DNA of 63,784 nucleotides, the filler included, from Reticulomyxa filosa (lineage: Eukaryota; Protista; Foraminifera): assembly GCA_000512085.1 (NCBI GenBank). It is 25 parts of 25 records of this genome, joined end to end, with 100 filler letters (N's around TTAATTAATTAA, not from the genome) between each part and the next. Parts side by side here need not be neighbours in the genome. Positions count along the whole stretch, not along the records: positions 48,588 to 52,999 come from ASPP01009133.1; positions 53,100 to 55,892 come from ASPP01041259.1; positions 55,993 to 58,595 come from ASPP01005224.1; positions 58,696 to 59,820 come from ASPP01042804.1; positions 59,921 to 61,184 come from ASPP01005632.1; positions 61,285 to 62,677 come from ASPP01004340.1; positions 62,778 to 63,784 come from ASPP01018336.1; 18 more parts are not named here. One strand, 5' to 3'. Position 1 is the first letter of the stretch; every line of letters starts with the position of its first letter. Positions 50,055 to 63,649 of this stretch are shown one piece after another. The translations under genes and the position numbers were made by a program. The notes below the pieces were generated by a model, which did not search any database, was not told the origin of the DNA, and saw only the letters and a program-made list of their open reading frames with translations.

Positions 50055-50690
50055 GCTTGCTTGTTAATTCTATTTACGAAACAATCAAACAAACAAATTT
50101 AAAAAACATAAAATAAAGAAACGAGAAATTCGAGGAGTACATTTGAAATATCCTGAAGGTGTGGATGGTAAGGACACATTGTGTGTTCGTGTCATTAAAG
50201 AGTGTCCAAAGGATCGCAGGAAAGAGTACATTCCACGTCCCGAGGACTTTGAACCCGAAACAGTGTCAATATCCACAGAACTTCGAAATCGTCTACGAAA
50301 AATCGCCGATGAAAAGCGTAAGCGATTTAACCAAGAACTTACACATCTCCCAACTGTGCGTGATGAAATAGACCTAGCTCAACAACAACAGAAACAGCAA
50401 CAGCACAATGAAATAATAGATGCGAATGAACATAAACACACTGGTTGCAACAGACATGAACCACTTGAAGAAATAGAAAATAACATTGAAATGCAGCCAA
50501 ATCTTGAACAAAAAAAAGTCAATTATTGCTGGGTACATGGAAAGATATCACGGAAAATATTAATACTGGCACTATTCAGGAGAACCATGTTAACCATCAT
50601 AAAGGCAAAATTCTTCACTTTCAAGTTGGTATTAATAGAGTGAAAAGACCACGAACATTGACAAAATGGGGGACCGTGGATTTGGAATAA
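48588..50690 (+). CDS. Chromodomain-containing protein (multi-exon, 5' partial)
   Basis: IEKILDEK...LLLVKYKKYEKPTWESYEDV at ~49790-49910 fits a chromodomain; flanking exons have GT-AG introns; a probable homopolymer frameshift lies at ~50512. Confidence 0.65.
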
Positions 50691-51417
50691 AACTCTTCCG
50701 CCTGAGTTTTTCCACGTGAGAGAGCATTCACCTCAATCAATGCCGAGATGGTGTATGGCATGTGATTATTTTCTTTTCTTTTTTTTTTAACAATTTATTC
50801 TTCGCGAGTGCAAATTAAAAGCAAAGGAAGAAAGCCATCCAATTGCCAACAAGAACAAAAACGGAAGATATCAATTTTCGACATGGATATTGTGATGGTG
50901 TATGTGTTTTTTTTTGAGTGTAAAAAACAGACAAAAAAAACATAATAAAGACAACACCAATGATTTTTGGCTTCAAGCGCTCCCACACTGCTGTGGTTTT
51001 ATTCTTTTGATTTTATAGTGTTTGTGATGGTTTGTGATGTTCTTTCTGATGCAACTTTTTTTTTTGAAACTTAAATGTATTACTGAGTTGCATTCTATGC
51101 AATTGAAGAAACCACAAAAATGGTCACGTTTTGTTTTAAGATTGTCTTTTGTTTCAGTGAAATTGTAAGTCCACAATTAAGTTCAAAGTAGGCATTATCT
51201 TTTTTTCAATTTGATTAAGCCAAATCTCATCATCTTCAAAAAAAAAAAATCTTTCAGAGGAAAAATACTACAATGAGGTCCTAAACAAAAATTGTGAAAA
51301 AAAAATATTCGCAGCTCTCAATATAAAACTTTATTACAAAAAAATGTTAGCCGAAAATCTTAAGAGTAGGCACAATTTTTTATTCTTTTTTCTTATCCTG
51401 GTCTCTGTTCACAGACG

Positions 51418-52999
51418 TTACTTCTTATTCATGACACGCAATCCAGTACGTAATAAATTCATTTGTCTATTACACTCCTCGATCATAACAAGTTTGGAAG
51501 TTTCCAAATGAGCAATTCTTTCATTAAGAGCGGTAATGTGAGGTTGACATTGACGATGAATATCTGCAACAGTCTTTAATTGGTTTAATTGATCAAGCAA
51601 TTGATTGACTTGTTTTTGGTGTTCTTGTTGGGAATTAAGCTGAGGAGTTTCCATGGTTTTGTTTTTTTGTAATTGTTGTAGTTGTTGTTGTAATTTTTGA
51701 ATTTGTTCTTCGTATTTTTGAATTTGTTCTTCGTATTTTTGCTTTTCGCCGTCTTTTTCTTGTTCGACCAATAGCAACTTATTGAACATAGTCGCAGAAA
51801 CCTCAGCATTGGAAGATTTACGCTTCTTTTCTTCGGCATGCATTTGTGAGTTCAAGTTTTGTTTTTCTTTTTCTAAATTCTTGATCGTCTCGCGTAGTTC
51901 TTTTATGGATTGCTCGTGTTCATGTTCAGCATCCACCAAACTGCTCATCATTTGATTGGACAAGTAATTGATCGAGGCACGACGATTTCTTTCTGTTTCA
52001 TCAGCAAATTGGCGGGTTGTGAGTAATTGATTTTCCAATTCAATAATTTTCTGTCGTAATTCACCAACATCCTCAGCGTCGTTTTGAGACCATTTGACTA
52101 AGAGGCTTTCTTTCTCTTCAAGTTCGCTTTGCAGTTGTTGCACTTTCATTCTTTCTCCCTCATAGGCTTGTTTGTAGTAGTCAATCGTGTCTGTTAAAAA
52201 AAAATGTTGTCATTAGTGTCGAATTTTTTTTATTTTTTTTTTAGCTTTATGTTAAATCTGTTCTGTGTTAATATACCTTGCATATTCTGAATATTGCTTG
52301 GCCTAAATTCTTTTTGTGCTTGACGCATATCCTTTTTTGACTGGTTATTATCACCGTGTTCTGCCACTGGGGTCTTATATATGCGTACATATGTACAAAT
52401 ATATTACTTATATTTGCATATTGATTTAATTTGGCTTTGGTCTCTGTTCCTTTGTTTTTGCTGTTCAAGAGAAAGAACAAACAGGACGAAAGAGCCAAAA
52501 AAAAAAGCGAACACACACACAAACTTGCCATTTGTTGTTTCAAAGTGGAATTCTCTAATTCCAGGAATTTGACTTGCTGTTTCAAATCTTTGATTTGTTG
52601 AAGAAGGTCCTTAATCTTTTGGTCATGATCAGCTTCCGCATCCAGTAGTTGTTTGAACATATTGGAATGGAGAGTAGATATGGACTCCCTACGACCGCGG
52701 TCCACTTCTTCTGTTTTAACTTGTTCCACACGGAGCTGTCTTTCCAACTCTTCAATTCTCGCCTTCAGTGTCGTAATTGCCTCTTCGCTCTGTTCCTCCG
52801 ACTCTAAAAAGCGTCGAAACATCCGATGATGCAAAATACTGACTGACTCTCTTCTATCGGAGCCCTTGCTGCTACTGCCGCTGGTGCCACTGACAACAGT
52901 ACTTTCGCGGGACATTCGTTCAATTTTTAACGCATTTTCCAATTCTTTGTTTCTTTGTTGCAACCCTTGTATCTATATTGTTCAAAAGTCAGAGGAGGG
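51418..52999 (-). CDS. Coiled-coil protein with 54-aa repeats; 5' partial
   Basis: E/K/Q/L heptads; four repeats beginning RRES/RRES/RRAS/RKSS. Confidence 0.8.
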
Positions 53000-53099
53000 N
53001 NNNNNNNNNNNNNNNNNNNNNNNNNNNNNNNNNNNNNNNNNNNTTAATTAATTAANNNNNNNNNNNNNNNNNNNNNNNNNNNNNNNNNNNNNNNNNNNN

Positions 53100-54986
53100 T
53101 TTAATCCCTGTGTTTCTCGAACACGCTCAAGACAAGAAATTTCCATCCAAGCAATTTGATGCTGTCTGGTTTGTCTACTTTCTATATAAATTTGCAAATA
53201 TTGGTATACTTTCGTTGAAAGTACGTATACACATACATATATGTATAATATATATATATGTATATACGTATTTATTTATATATATACATATATATACTTG
53301 AATACAATACGAAAACCAACATTAGGTGTTTGACAAATATTGCCGCGGGCACAAGTTATGAAACTGGACAAGTGATAAAAAATGGCGTGTTGGATGTATT
53401 AATGACGTTGCTCGCGCACAATCCAAAAGATACTCCCAATAACGATTTAATAGAACAGATCTTTTGGTGTTTCGGGAATATCAGCGGTGATTGCTTTTAT
53501 TATACTTACTTGTTATTGGTCCAAAAAAAGTTGCTCAAGTTTGTCTTTGGCAAAATGCTTGCAAACAATAACCACCATTTTAACATCTCTGTCCTTCTTC
53601 AGTGGTGTTGGGTTATCAACAACATGTTCCGGAAAAGTTCCTCTTCTGAAGGAATTGGCTGGGAACAGTCATCCTCCAACACCAATGCCGATCGTGACTC
53701 TAACTCGAACGATATTATCGAAATTGACTATTACGTCCCCGACGAAGAAGAAGAAAATTTCTGTGAGGATGTGCTTCAGAGACAATTACGCCAATGTCGA
53801 ACAACTATTGTCTCATTTTTGCCTAATGTTTTGCAGCTGTTCCAATATTTATACCATGCATTTAATAATATCAATGATACATCTTTTGTTTAGTTTGTTT
53901 TTTTTTTAACCCATAAACAAACGAAATAAAATAAAAAAATAACGACCAATAATGATGATAATAATAATTGCTACAATCTATTTTATTTGTTAGAATGAGA
54001 GCGATCGTACCAATATAGAGAGTTGCCTACGTGAGCTACTCTCTGCATTACTGTTTGTGAGTGATGACTTTGATGACCCCGTTCGTGATTGGGGCTGCAT
54101 CGAACTATTATGCGATGAAAAAGTATGTAGTGTCCTCTTGTCCATAGTCAATTCATCGAATATAGCTAAAGACATTGCAATGAATGCATTTCGCGTGATT
54201 GGACAAATGATTAGTAGTCAAAATGACGATACGACTGCGCATATCATTCAATCTGGATTTCTTGCTGCCATTCCCAAATGGTTGAATGATCCAACGAAAA
54301 CATATCGTCACGAGGCCATGTGGTTTGTTTTACTATTGCACGTCTTCTGTGTTTCATTTTTAATCTTTACATAATTATAATTGACTTCCTTTTTTTTTAT
54401 TTTTATTTTTATTTTTTGTGATACGAGCAAAATACAATTCAGTTGTATGCATAAACCACTACACACACAAAAAAGGACACTATCAAATATCGCTGCTGGC
54501 TCAATTGAAGATATTGGCAGCTTGTTGTCGAATGAAGAATTGATAAAACAAGTAATACAAATGGCACTCAATGATAACTTTGAGATTCGAAGAGAAGCGG
54601 CTTGGGTAATATGCAACTGCTTTCAAGGTGGATCTTCTCAGCATATAGTCAAGTTGATCTTTCAGTACAACTGCCTAAAACCAATTTCTTTTATGTTGAA
54701 ACACATTTGCACTACTGCACATCGCTCTATTGATCGCTCACTTCACGACTTCAAAATTGCTGAAGAAAGCACATTACAACTAATTGTTCATGGACTGATT
54801 GCAGCACTGCGTCATTTTGTTAATGATAGCACTCAACTCGTTCAAATTATTGATACTTGTGATAATCTTCAAATCGTTGACACTTTGCAAGATATGCTGT
54901 CTTTGTCATCTATGGATGACGACCTACACAATGACATTGACACTTTGCTCAGCACTTTCTTGTCAGATCAATCTCAATTAGACTAA
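53100..54986 (+). CDS. Importin-alpha-like ARM-repeat protein (divergent; 5' partial)
   Basis: CLTNIAAG, EQIFWCFGNISGD, WVINN, EAMW|TLSNIAAG and RREAAWVICN ARM W/N motifs over about 4 exons. Confidence 0.85.
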
Positions 54987-56299
54987 CAACATAAAAGATA
55001 TTCTCAATTTTGAATATCCATTTGCAATATTTCTTCGAGACGAAGACCAAAAAAAAATGTCTATTTAAGTGTTTTTGTTAATTTTTGTTAGCTAAATTCT
55101 CAGTCCTTCATGAACTCATCATCGAAAATCTGTACTAAACTTCATTTCATACTTACAACTCAGCTAAAGAAAATAAATGAGTTTAGACGTAAACTGTGAT
55201 ATCTATTTCGTGAATTCTAATAGTTCTAGTTAGGGGCCAGTCTTTTGTAAGAAAAGTGCTTAGTGGCCTCAATGATGTACAACTTTTGCCGAATGTTTTG
55301 GAGTCTTACATTTCGAATAAATTCCTGAAGTGAAAGATTTGAATTTTGAGTAATAATTTTCAGTTTTGTTTGTGTTCGTGCGCACTTGCGTGCTTGAAAA
55401 TTTGCAACGGGTCGAGCCCAAAAACATGAATTTCTGTTTATGGTTTGTTTTTGGGGGTATGGTATACGTTGCGAGAGAAACACGCCAACAGAATACGGGT
55501 GAAGCACTTTTGACAAAGGTTTTTGGCGAGCCAGAAGCATTTGTCGGTGCTTTGGGACATTTTTTTTTAAATACCAAAACAAAACAAAATAAAATTCTTT
55601 GGCAAACAAATTGTCTTACTCTCTCGTTTTGTTTATAATTCAAAAACTACAATTCACTTTCTTTGTCTGTGTTTATAGGTGACACGTAACGACTAGCGTA
55701 CAACTTGTGATTTGCTTTTTGAGCAAACATTATTTGTAATTACTTTATTTTTTACTTGCTCATTCTACACAAAGTTGTAAATTTTGTCATAATCGGTTTT
55801 ATTGTGAATTTTAATAATTTTGAGTGATTGTGGATATAACTTTTCAAGATATTAGGTTTTTACACTAATGCACTTCCAAAATAGTAAAAAAANNNNNNNN
55901 NNNNNNNNNNNNNNNNNNNNNNNNNNNNNNNNNNNNTTAATTAATTAANNNNNNNNNNNNNNNNNNNNNNNNNNNNNNNNNNNNNNNNNNNNGTAACCAC
56001 AGCGACGACGTTTTTAGGATGGGAGGGAGGCTTGACACTGTCGCACCAGTCAAAAGGCTTCCATTGGGGGGCGCACTTTGTGAAATTAGTCAATGTTTTA
56101 AATTGCGCAAAGCCGCCACTCGCGAGTATGAAGAGTCATTCCATAACGAAAGTAAAGTCGATATGTGGTCTTTTTTCTTTTTAAAATAAATTCAACGCAG
56201 TATCCTTGGAATATTCTTTTTATTCATCATCCCTATCATCCAATCATCTTTATCTTCTTGTTTACAGGTGATATCAGCTTGAATTTCGCAAAACTCACC

Positions 56300-58500
56300 C
56301 ACCAAATTGAGCAACACTGTCGGGAAGAATAGTTCAACGTGAGAGTGGCTCACTCGATCGCCATGGTGTGATTATTTATTTCATACAACGTCGTCTTCTT
56401 CATTGTCTTCTATTTCTTTCGGCCAAGCCAATCGCTGCTGTCGTTGCGATACTGCAATATCAATATCGTCTCCATTTTGCACGGTATTATCACATCTTTT
56501 TTTTTTTTTTTTTTCTTTCTTCTTGACTGTCTTGCCTTCGTTGTCGGATAGCACCAAGATCCAGATCGTCCATGATTGAACTAGAAGAACTTTTTAAACG
56601 GTTCCAATGGCATCCATATAATTGATGTTTTCTAAATACCAACTCATCAGTTCTTGTCGCCATTGTGATTAGGGCAAACTTTGACCTTGAATAATGGTCG
56701 TTATTGGAAACTCTTGCATCATCACCATGGAGGTCAATTCGACAATTTTTAGTTGTCAACTATTTTTCATTATTGGACGTATTCGATATTGTTCTTCTTC
56801 AAGACTCCTCATATTAGCTATACTCACGAATCAAAATCCAAAAGTTGCGAATATACGCACACACGACTAGTTTTTGCACGAATGCTCAATCTCTGCGTTC
56901 ACAAAATTAGCATTGTTTCAATAACGATCTAGTGTCCATTGTTTGTCGGCGCCAGTGGATTGCAGTTCAACGTACTCTTTGGTGCTGTGTCGAGTCAACA
57001 ATTATCAGCAGAGACTTTTGTGCGCATACATTGATAATAAATATTCTTGACAATACTTCGGGCTGCAACTGTTTGAAATTGCCGCTCTTTTTTTAGCATT
57101 TTCCATTGAGACACGATATGAGAAGTTCGTCCACGCTCGGGAGTTGCGACTTTGCGTGTTTCCAGGGATAAAGAGTAAATCCAACAAAATATTTTTCTCT
57201 TCATCATACTCCTCATCATCATCATCTCAATCTTCTTGATTGTTAGTGTCTTGATGCGAGTTTTGCACAACTCTTCCACTGAATTGAGTCACTTTCATGT
57301 GGAGCCATAGTGCTTTGATCGATCACCATGTGAATCGTTTTTTAACGACGTCCGTGCTCTTTTCTAACTCGCATGTTACTTCTTCGTAAGTCCAGTCACT
57401 GCCATGTTAATATCGTTTTCACTATTTGTGATATCACCGTCTTTTTTTTCCTTTCTTCTTGGCGAGCTTGCGCTTTTGTATTCAAGGCGGCGGCACCAAG
57501 GGCGAGATTGTTTGGAATTGGTCTGGGAGAATCTTGTGCCAATGCTCCATTGCCACCATATAATGGATGTCTTCCAATTATGGAGTTTACCCGATCTGAT
57601 CGCTCTTGTGATGAGATATACACTTTGGCATTGGAATAATGCTCGTTATTGGAGACATTTGCATCATCACCATGCAACCATTCGACAATGTTTGGATTGG
57701 TGGTCCAATGATAGAGATCAATATTATTCTTTTCTTTTTCACTATTGGACGTATTCTTTGTTGATATTCTTTCTGCATTTCTTGTGTACCAGGGTTGAAC
57801 CAGATTTTTTTGATTACGCCAAAGATCCAAACTGCCAATTCGCATCCAATTCAAACGAATACAAATTGGTAACTTCATTTTTCTCCAAGTGATGGGACAA
57901 TGCAACGAATACAAATTATTGAGCCACAACAAACACGCCGTCTCTATGGCCCATAATCAATCCCGGAGACTATCGAACAAGCGCCGATTATCTTTATTGG
58001 ACTAACGCAAGGCACGCGACTCTTACAGTGATGGAGTCAGATAATGCAACAAGCTATCTCTATCCTCAACGATCATCAATATCCAACGTCACTCGCGAGC
58101 TAATCATTCCTACCATCAGCAGCACACGCACGATTCAACATCCAAAATTGCGAATGTGCGTAAACACATACGATCAGTTTTGACACTAGTAGTTAGCGCC
58201 CCATTTTTATAAGAACCGAGTGTCTCTTGTTTATTGAAGCATTAAATCGCGGTTCAACGCACTCTTTGCGGATAATTGTTGGCGTGGCACAGCGCCAGAG
58301 ACTTGTGTGCGTCTACGTTGATTCGAGCAACTTCTTTCTAATTGTTCGTGTTACGACTGCAAGATATTGCCACACATTTGTTCACGATCTTTAATTGGCG
58401 CGATCTATTGGAAGGTATTGCATGTCTAAAAACACAAAGTCGCCATTCGCAGGCGTGAAGAGCCAGTACATTATCAAACTAAGCAAATCTGGCAGACGAA
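56300..58500 (+). pseudogene. Two tandem decayed copies (B1 ~56300-57070, B2 ~57280-58500) of the same ~1-kb module as 31800-33520
   Basis: Shared DNA blocks, e.g. TTCGACAA..., ATTGGACGT, CCAAA(A)GTTGCG and ACTT(G/T)TG(T)G...TAC; frames are interrupted. Confidence 0.7.
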
Positions 58501-58952
58501 TTTTGTTTTTTTTTTTAACAGATCCAACGCAATATGATTTTGATATTCTTCTATACATACTTTTCATATTCCTCTTCTTGCCTGCCGGTTTCTTGNNNNN
58601 NNNNNNNNNNNNNNNNNNNNNNNNNNNNNNNNNNNNNNNTTAATTAATTAANNNNNNNNNNNNNNNNNNNNNNNNNNNNNNNNNNNNNNNNNNNNATCAA
58701 CCAATCAAACTTATTTTCAATTATCTCTTAATTCAACTGAACGAATCAATTTTTGTCAATTTTATCAAACAAAGTTTCCCAAACTTATTATAAATATCAA
58801 ACAAATTGATAAAAAATGGATTCAATTTTATTTTGATACAAATGTGTTTTATTGTGAAGTGATTCCTTCATTATCTCCTCTCGTTTAAATTTTTTTTTTA
58901 ATTAACTTGAACAAATCGTTTGAAATGAAATTTTTAGTGAATTTTTTTTTAT

Positions 58953-59552
58953 TTGCTAAAAAGAAACATCGACAACCCTCCCCAGCAATTCTTTGTGGTG
59001 AATCGATCATTAAATTCATGTAATGAAATGAGTTTGGTGGTTGGTCGTGAAGATCATTGTATTTATTTGAGTTTGTGTAAAACATTAGATTATGTTTTGG
59101 TTAGAGTGGATAATCGATGGACGAAAACAATTCCACTCAATAAATCTCATCCAATCAATGAACATGGATTAATTCAACCTTATTTGGTTGCTTATTTCAA
59201 ATCAAATAGTTTAGATATTGATAACAACAAGGAATGGTTGAAGGAATATATTAAAAATGCAACAATTTTGGAAGATAGTGATAGCAATGGTAGTATGAGT
59301 AATTTGTATTGCAATGATAATAGTCCTCCTCGTGAGGGAAATGTATCATCAATTGTGAAAGATTGTCCATATCGCCCAATTCAAACAGATGCACAGAATT
59401 GTTATATGAGAAGTCACAATGTTGGATATCGAATTCGTTTGGGTGATGCTGTTTATGAATGGTTTCGTAATCAAGAATGTAAAATTTTTGTTTTCAATAA
59501 AACTGATTACAATCTGTCATTGATGAAGAAAAGAATAACAATGAAAGTATAA
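58953..59552 (+). CDS. Hypothetical protein (possibly pseudogenic)
   Basis: 199-codon ORF in AT-rich DNA with protein-like composition; no family recognised and the flanks are interrupted. Confidence 0.4.
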   Translation: MLKRNIDNPPQQFFVVNRSLNSCNEMSLVVGREDHCIYLSLCKTLDYVLVRVDNRWTKTIPLNKSHPINEHGLIQPYLVAYFKSNSLDIDNNKEWLKEYIKNATILEDSDSNGSMSNLYCNDNSPPREGNVSSIVKDCPYRPIQTDAQNCYMRSHNVGYRIRLGDAVYEWFRNQECKIFVFNKTDYNLSLMKKRITMKV

Positions 59553-62500
59553 TGAGTGGAAGTGCAAACAAAATAAAAGGTGAAAATATATTAAATGTAT
59601 CAAATGCAACGACACAAATTCATGATCATCCTCAATTGAATAGAATATGAAAAAATGTATAATGAAAATGGCAATGATGCAAACTCTTGTCGCAAAAGCA
59701 AAGATTAATGCTATTCAAAATGAGGTATTTTATAGTCATGATGAACCAGCCAATCAAATTTATTTTCAATTGTATCCTAATTTAACTGAGCGAGACCAAT
59801 TTCATCAATTGTATTCAATANNNNNNNNNNNNNNNNNNNNNNNNNNNNNNNNNNNNNNNNNNNNTTAATTAATTAANNNNNNNNNNNNNNNNNNNNNNNN
59901 NNNNNNNNNNNNNNNNNNNNAAAACATAAAACGACCAAACCAATTCAGGATGATAGACCAATATATTGCAAACAAATTTGTGAAATTCCGGTGAAAAAAT
60001 CTCGGTGTGGTAAAAAGTTAGACTGCAATCAGTTTTGACTATGTTATGGGACCTTAAGTGAGTATAACTGAAAATTGACTTATGATGAAATTGTATTAAA
60101 ATTTATAAGAGACCAAAAGTCTGTTTGAGTGGTCCAAGTGTCTTTTTTTTAAAAATGTCATTTGGGAAATTTTTTGATGTTTCATTTGTATCAAATGATA
60201 TAAAAATTTGATATTTGAGGAATAGACAAATTTTGTAAATTATAATAAATCTTTTTTAATATTAGTTTGTGTACATTAATAATTGTAAGTGTTGCTCTAA
60301 CAGTGATTTTTTGAAAGATGTTATGATGAAATCAAAATGATACATTGAGAAAGTAATCATAAATAACCTTTTTTTTTGCAAATAATTTTTACTCACTTTA
60401 ATAGATTATGATATTGTTTTATTTATTTTCTTGTGCAATATTTTTAATGGAAGGTTGTAAAAAATTTGGATAATTCAGTTTAAGAAAATAATATTTATTG
60501 CAAAACTTTGTTTTATAATTCTAAAACTCCTATTTGTGTACGTGCTAATAATTATGTAATCAAATTTGGATTGTCATAAAATTAAAATAAGATAGTATGC
60601 AATTGATATTTTGTGCCAATTTAATGAAATTACAAATTGCAGTTGCTTTAATGAAAAAAGTGGGACAATTTGATTAAGTTATAACTAGCAATCCAGAACA
60701 TATCATCAATTTAATATTAAATTGTATGTCTAAAATATTATACTGATATTGAAACGCAAGTAGTATTAAAATATTATATTAAATTAAACCATTTATTTAC
60801 GAATTAATTCGAAAATGGAAACTAAATAATCCAAAAGAAGATAATCAATGTTATTCGTGAAATATTTAATTTGTATTAATTTAGATGGATTTGATGAAAA
60901 TAAAAAGTGTTTTTATGATTGTTTCAATTTAAATGCACGGAATGCAAAAATTATAGTAAAGGTACATATTAAATAAGAATATATTTAATTCAGACTCTTT
61001 TCACCCAATTACCAACACTCTAATGAAAACTATTCTAAACAATTCATATTTTTTATAGTTTGTATATAAATCGGGTCGCCGAACAAGAAGAGTTTAAACA
61101 AAATACTTGCTATCATTTCTTATCATTTGCACTTTCTTTACTGACTGACTAAAACAGTTTTCAATTTACACTTGCACCTTTTGANNNNNNNNNNNNNNNN
61201 NNNNNNNNNNNNNNNNNNNNNNNNNNNNTTAATTAATTAANNNNNNNNNNNNNNNNNNNNNNNNNNNNNNNNNNNNNNNNNNNNGATGTCAGGCAAGCTG
61301 GAGGAAAGAATTGAAATTATTTAAAAAAATACAATTCACACAAAAGATAAAAATTTTTCAATCAAAAAATTTGAGACAAGTGTCAAATCTTGCAATCGAA
61401 TACGCACCAACTTGGCGTTGTTTGAACTTCACTTTATTTTTGTTTACTGTACCGCAACCACCACAAACACTTTCCAATTTCTCGATAAGAGGGTATTGTA
61501 TACTTTGGAGACCTATGTAATATACATGTGTATTGGTCATACATATTTTAATCACATCATAAAAAAACATTATAACTTGGAATGTAGGTTGCTCACATAA
61601 TCATCATAATCATCAGCTCACCACTTCAATTGTTCAATTTACTTTCGATCAATCATGGACCACATTACACGATATGGACCTCGAATTTTTTTTTCCAAAT
61701 TATACGTCATTTAAAACGGAATATTATGATCCACATTCGACGCACGTCATCACTGATAGATATTCGTTCAATAATGAACAAATAAATTTTATTGGAGAAA
61801 CGACAGGTGCGTGTGTTGTAGTGAGGCTCCAATGATTTCCATCAGCAACAATTCAATCATGATGTTGTCAGTTTTAGTTTCATGTACTGCAACAATCGAT
61901 ATTGATACTGCTGCTGTTGTTATTACTATTGCCACTATCGCTGAGGACTCTCTGCAGCACCAATGACAATATAAACAGCAAAAACATGTCCATTTACATT
62001 CCAAAATTTCTTTAATACACTTTGAAATATCTATTAAAAAATTTTAAGCAATACATATCACATACACATAAATAAATATTCAATATACGTATAAAGATAT
62101 TGCTATTAGTTTGAATATGTACACATAAACAAAAAAAAATGTATATATAAAAAACTTTGTCAAGCAATGGACCTAAACACGAATTATAGCATCAGGTAAC
62201 TGGAAATGAGGCAGGCGCACAAACGATCAATCAAAATAACATCAACTTCTTGATGTCTTGCGAATGCACGCTTCAATTTCAATCACCACTGTTCCTATCA
62301 GGTATTCCGTTATTTTAGGACGACTGACGAAATTGGGGGAAAATTGGTATCATTGAAAAGGCTCGTTCCCTAGAGCTACCATTTTTTTTGAGTGGCGGTC
62401 TTGTCAATGGTAGACCCTCCACTTTTCGAATCCAAGTGGCTCGATTTTTGGTAGCCAATTCATAGCCATATCGACGACGTCTTTGGGAGGTGAGGGGACA

Positions 62501-62777
62501 AAATGTTGTTCGTATATTCACTTAGCAGGGCCAACACATTGACAATATCCATGATTTTGTCTTGATTTGTCAATAATTGAGCGATTTTTAAATCGTTGAT
62601 CCAACTACCGACTGGCACGATGTTGTTTGTTTTATAACAAATGCGCAACAACATTAGCTTTTCCGTGCACACCAAAGNNNNNNNNNNNNNNNNNNNNNNN
62701 NNNNNNNNNNNNNNNNNNNNNTTAATTAATTAANNNNNNNNNNNNNNNNNNNNNNNNNNNNNNNNNNNNNNNNNNNN

Positions 62778-63573
62778 CTCATGAACCATTTGCTGTAGAT
62801 CTTGTTGACTTCGCCGGACTTGTAGGTGGCCTTGATGGCGTCGTCTACCACTTTCTTGAAGGCCGGGTCGTCCTTGCGCATCATGCAGCCGTAGATTTCG
62901 AACGATTGCGGCTTGCCGGTTACCACCCAGTTGGCCGGGTTCTTGGCCTTGGCCATTTCGCCGTACAGCAGCGCGTCGTCCATCATGAAGGCCACGGCAC
63001 GGCCGGACTCTAGCATCGGAACGATTCGCCATGGTCTTTGGCGGAGATGATGTTCATGCCCATCTGCTTCTCGGCGTTCATCGCCTTCAGCAGGCGCTCG
63101 GAAGTAGTACCGGCGGTGGTCACCACGTTCTTGCCTTTCAGGTCCGGGAAGTCTTTGACGCCGGAGGTCTTGGCGGTCATCAGGCGGGTACCGATTTCAA
63201 AGATACCTACCGAGAACGCTACCTGTTTCTGACGCTCCAGGTTGTTGGTGGTGGAACCACATTCCAGGTCCACGGTGCCGTTCTGTACCAGCGGGATACG
63301 GGTCTGGGACGTTACCAGGTTGTACTTCACTTGCAGGTTCGGCATTTTCAGCTGTTTTTTCACAGCTTCGACCACTTTCAGCTGCAGGTCGTGCGAGTAG
63401 CCGATCGGGTTCGGGCCGTCAGCCAGGTAGGAGAACGGGATGGAGGCATCGCGGTGACCCAGCACGATCACACCGGATTCCTTGATCTTGTCCAGCGTGC
63501 CTTCGGCCATGGCCGGGGCAGCAAAGGCGGAAGCGATGACGGCAGTAGTCAGCAGACGGGTAGTAAAACGCAT
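62778..63573 (-). CDS. gltI: Bacterial glutamate/aspartate ABC transporter substrate-binding protein (1-nt frameshift; 3' partial)
   Basis: Signal peptide, LGHRDASIPFSY, VTSQTRIPLVQNGTVDLECGSTTNN, AKDHGESF|MLESGRAVAFMMDDALLYGE; GGAG RBS at ~63580; high GC3. Confidence 0.93.
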
Positions 63574-63615
63574 AAGTTTCTCCAGTTTCTCGAAGGATGT
63601 TGCTTTTTTATTCAG

Positions 63616-63637
63616 GCCGCGCCGACACCGGTGCGGC
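63616..63637. promoter_or_regulatory. Intercistronic GC-rich hairpin
   Basis: GCCGCGCCG-ACAC-CGGTGCGGC between the ATPase stop and the gltI RBS; no U-tract follows on the coding strand. Confidence 0.45.
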
Positions 63638-63649
63638 TTACTGCGGTTT

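Noticed and set aside
61285-62677. Protein-like ORF fragments on the - strand (also 37763-38350 and 55226-55643)
   Set aside because: They are short and interrupted with no recognisable family, so no product call can be supported.
1-62677. Alternative (ciliate-type) genetic code explaining the fragmented ORFs
   Set aside because: Conserved genes read through without in-frame TAA/TAG and end with TAA, TAG or TGA; the breaks are explained by introns, homopolymer indels or pseudogenes.
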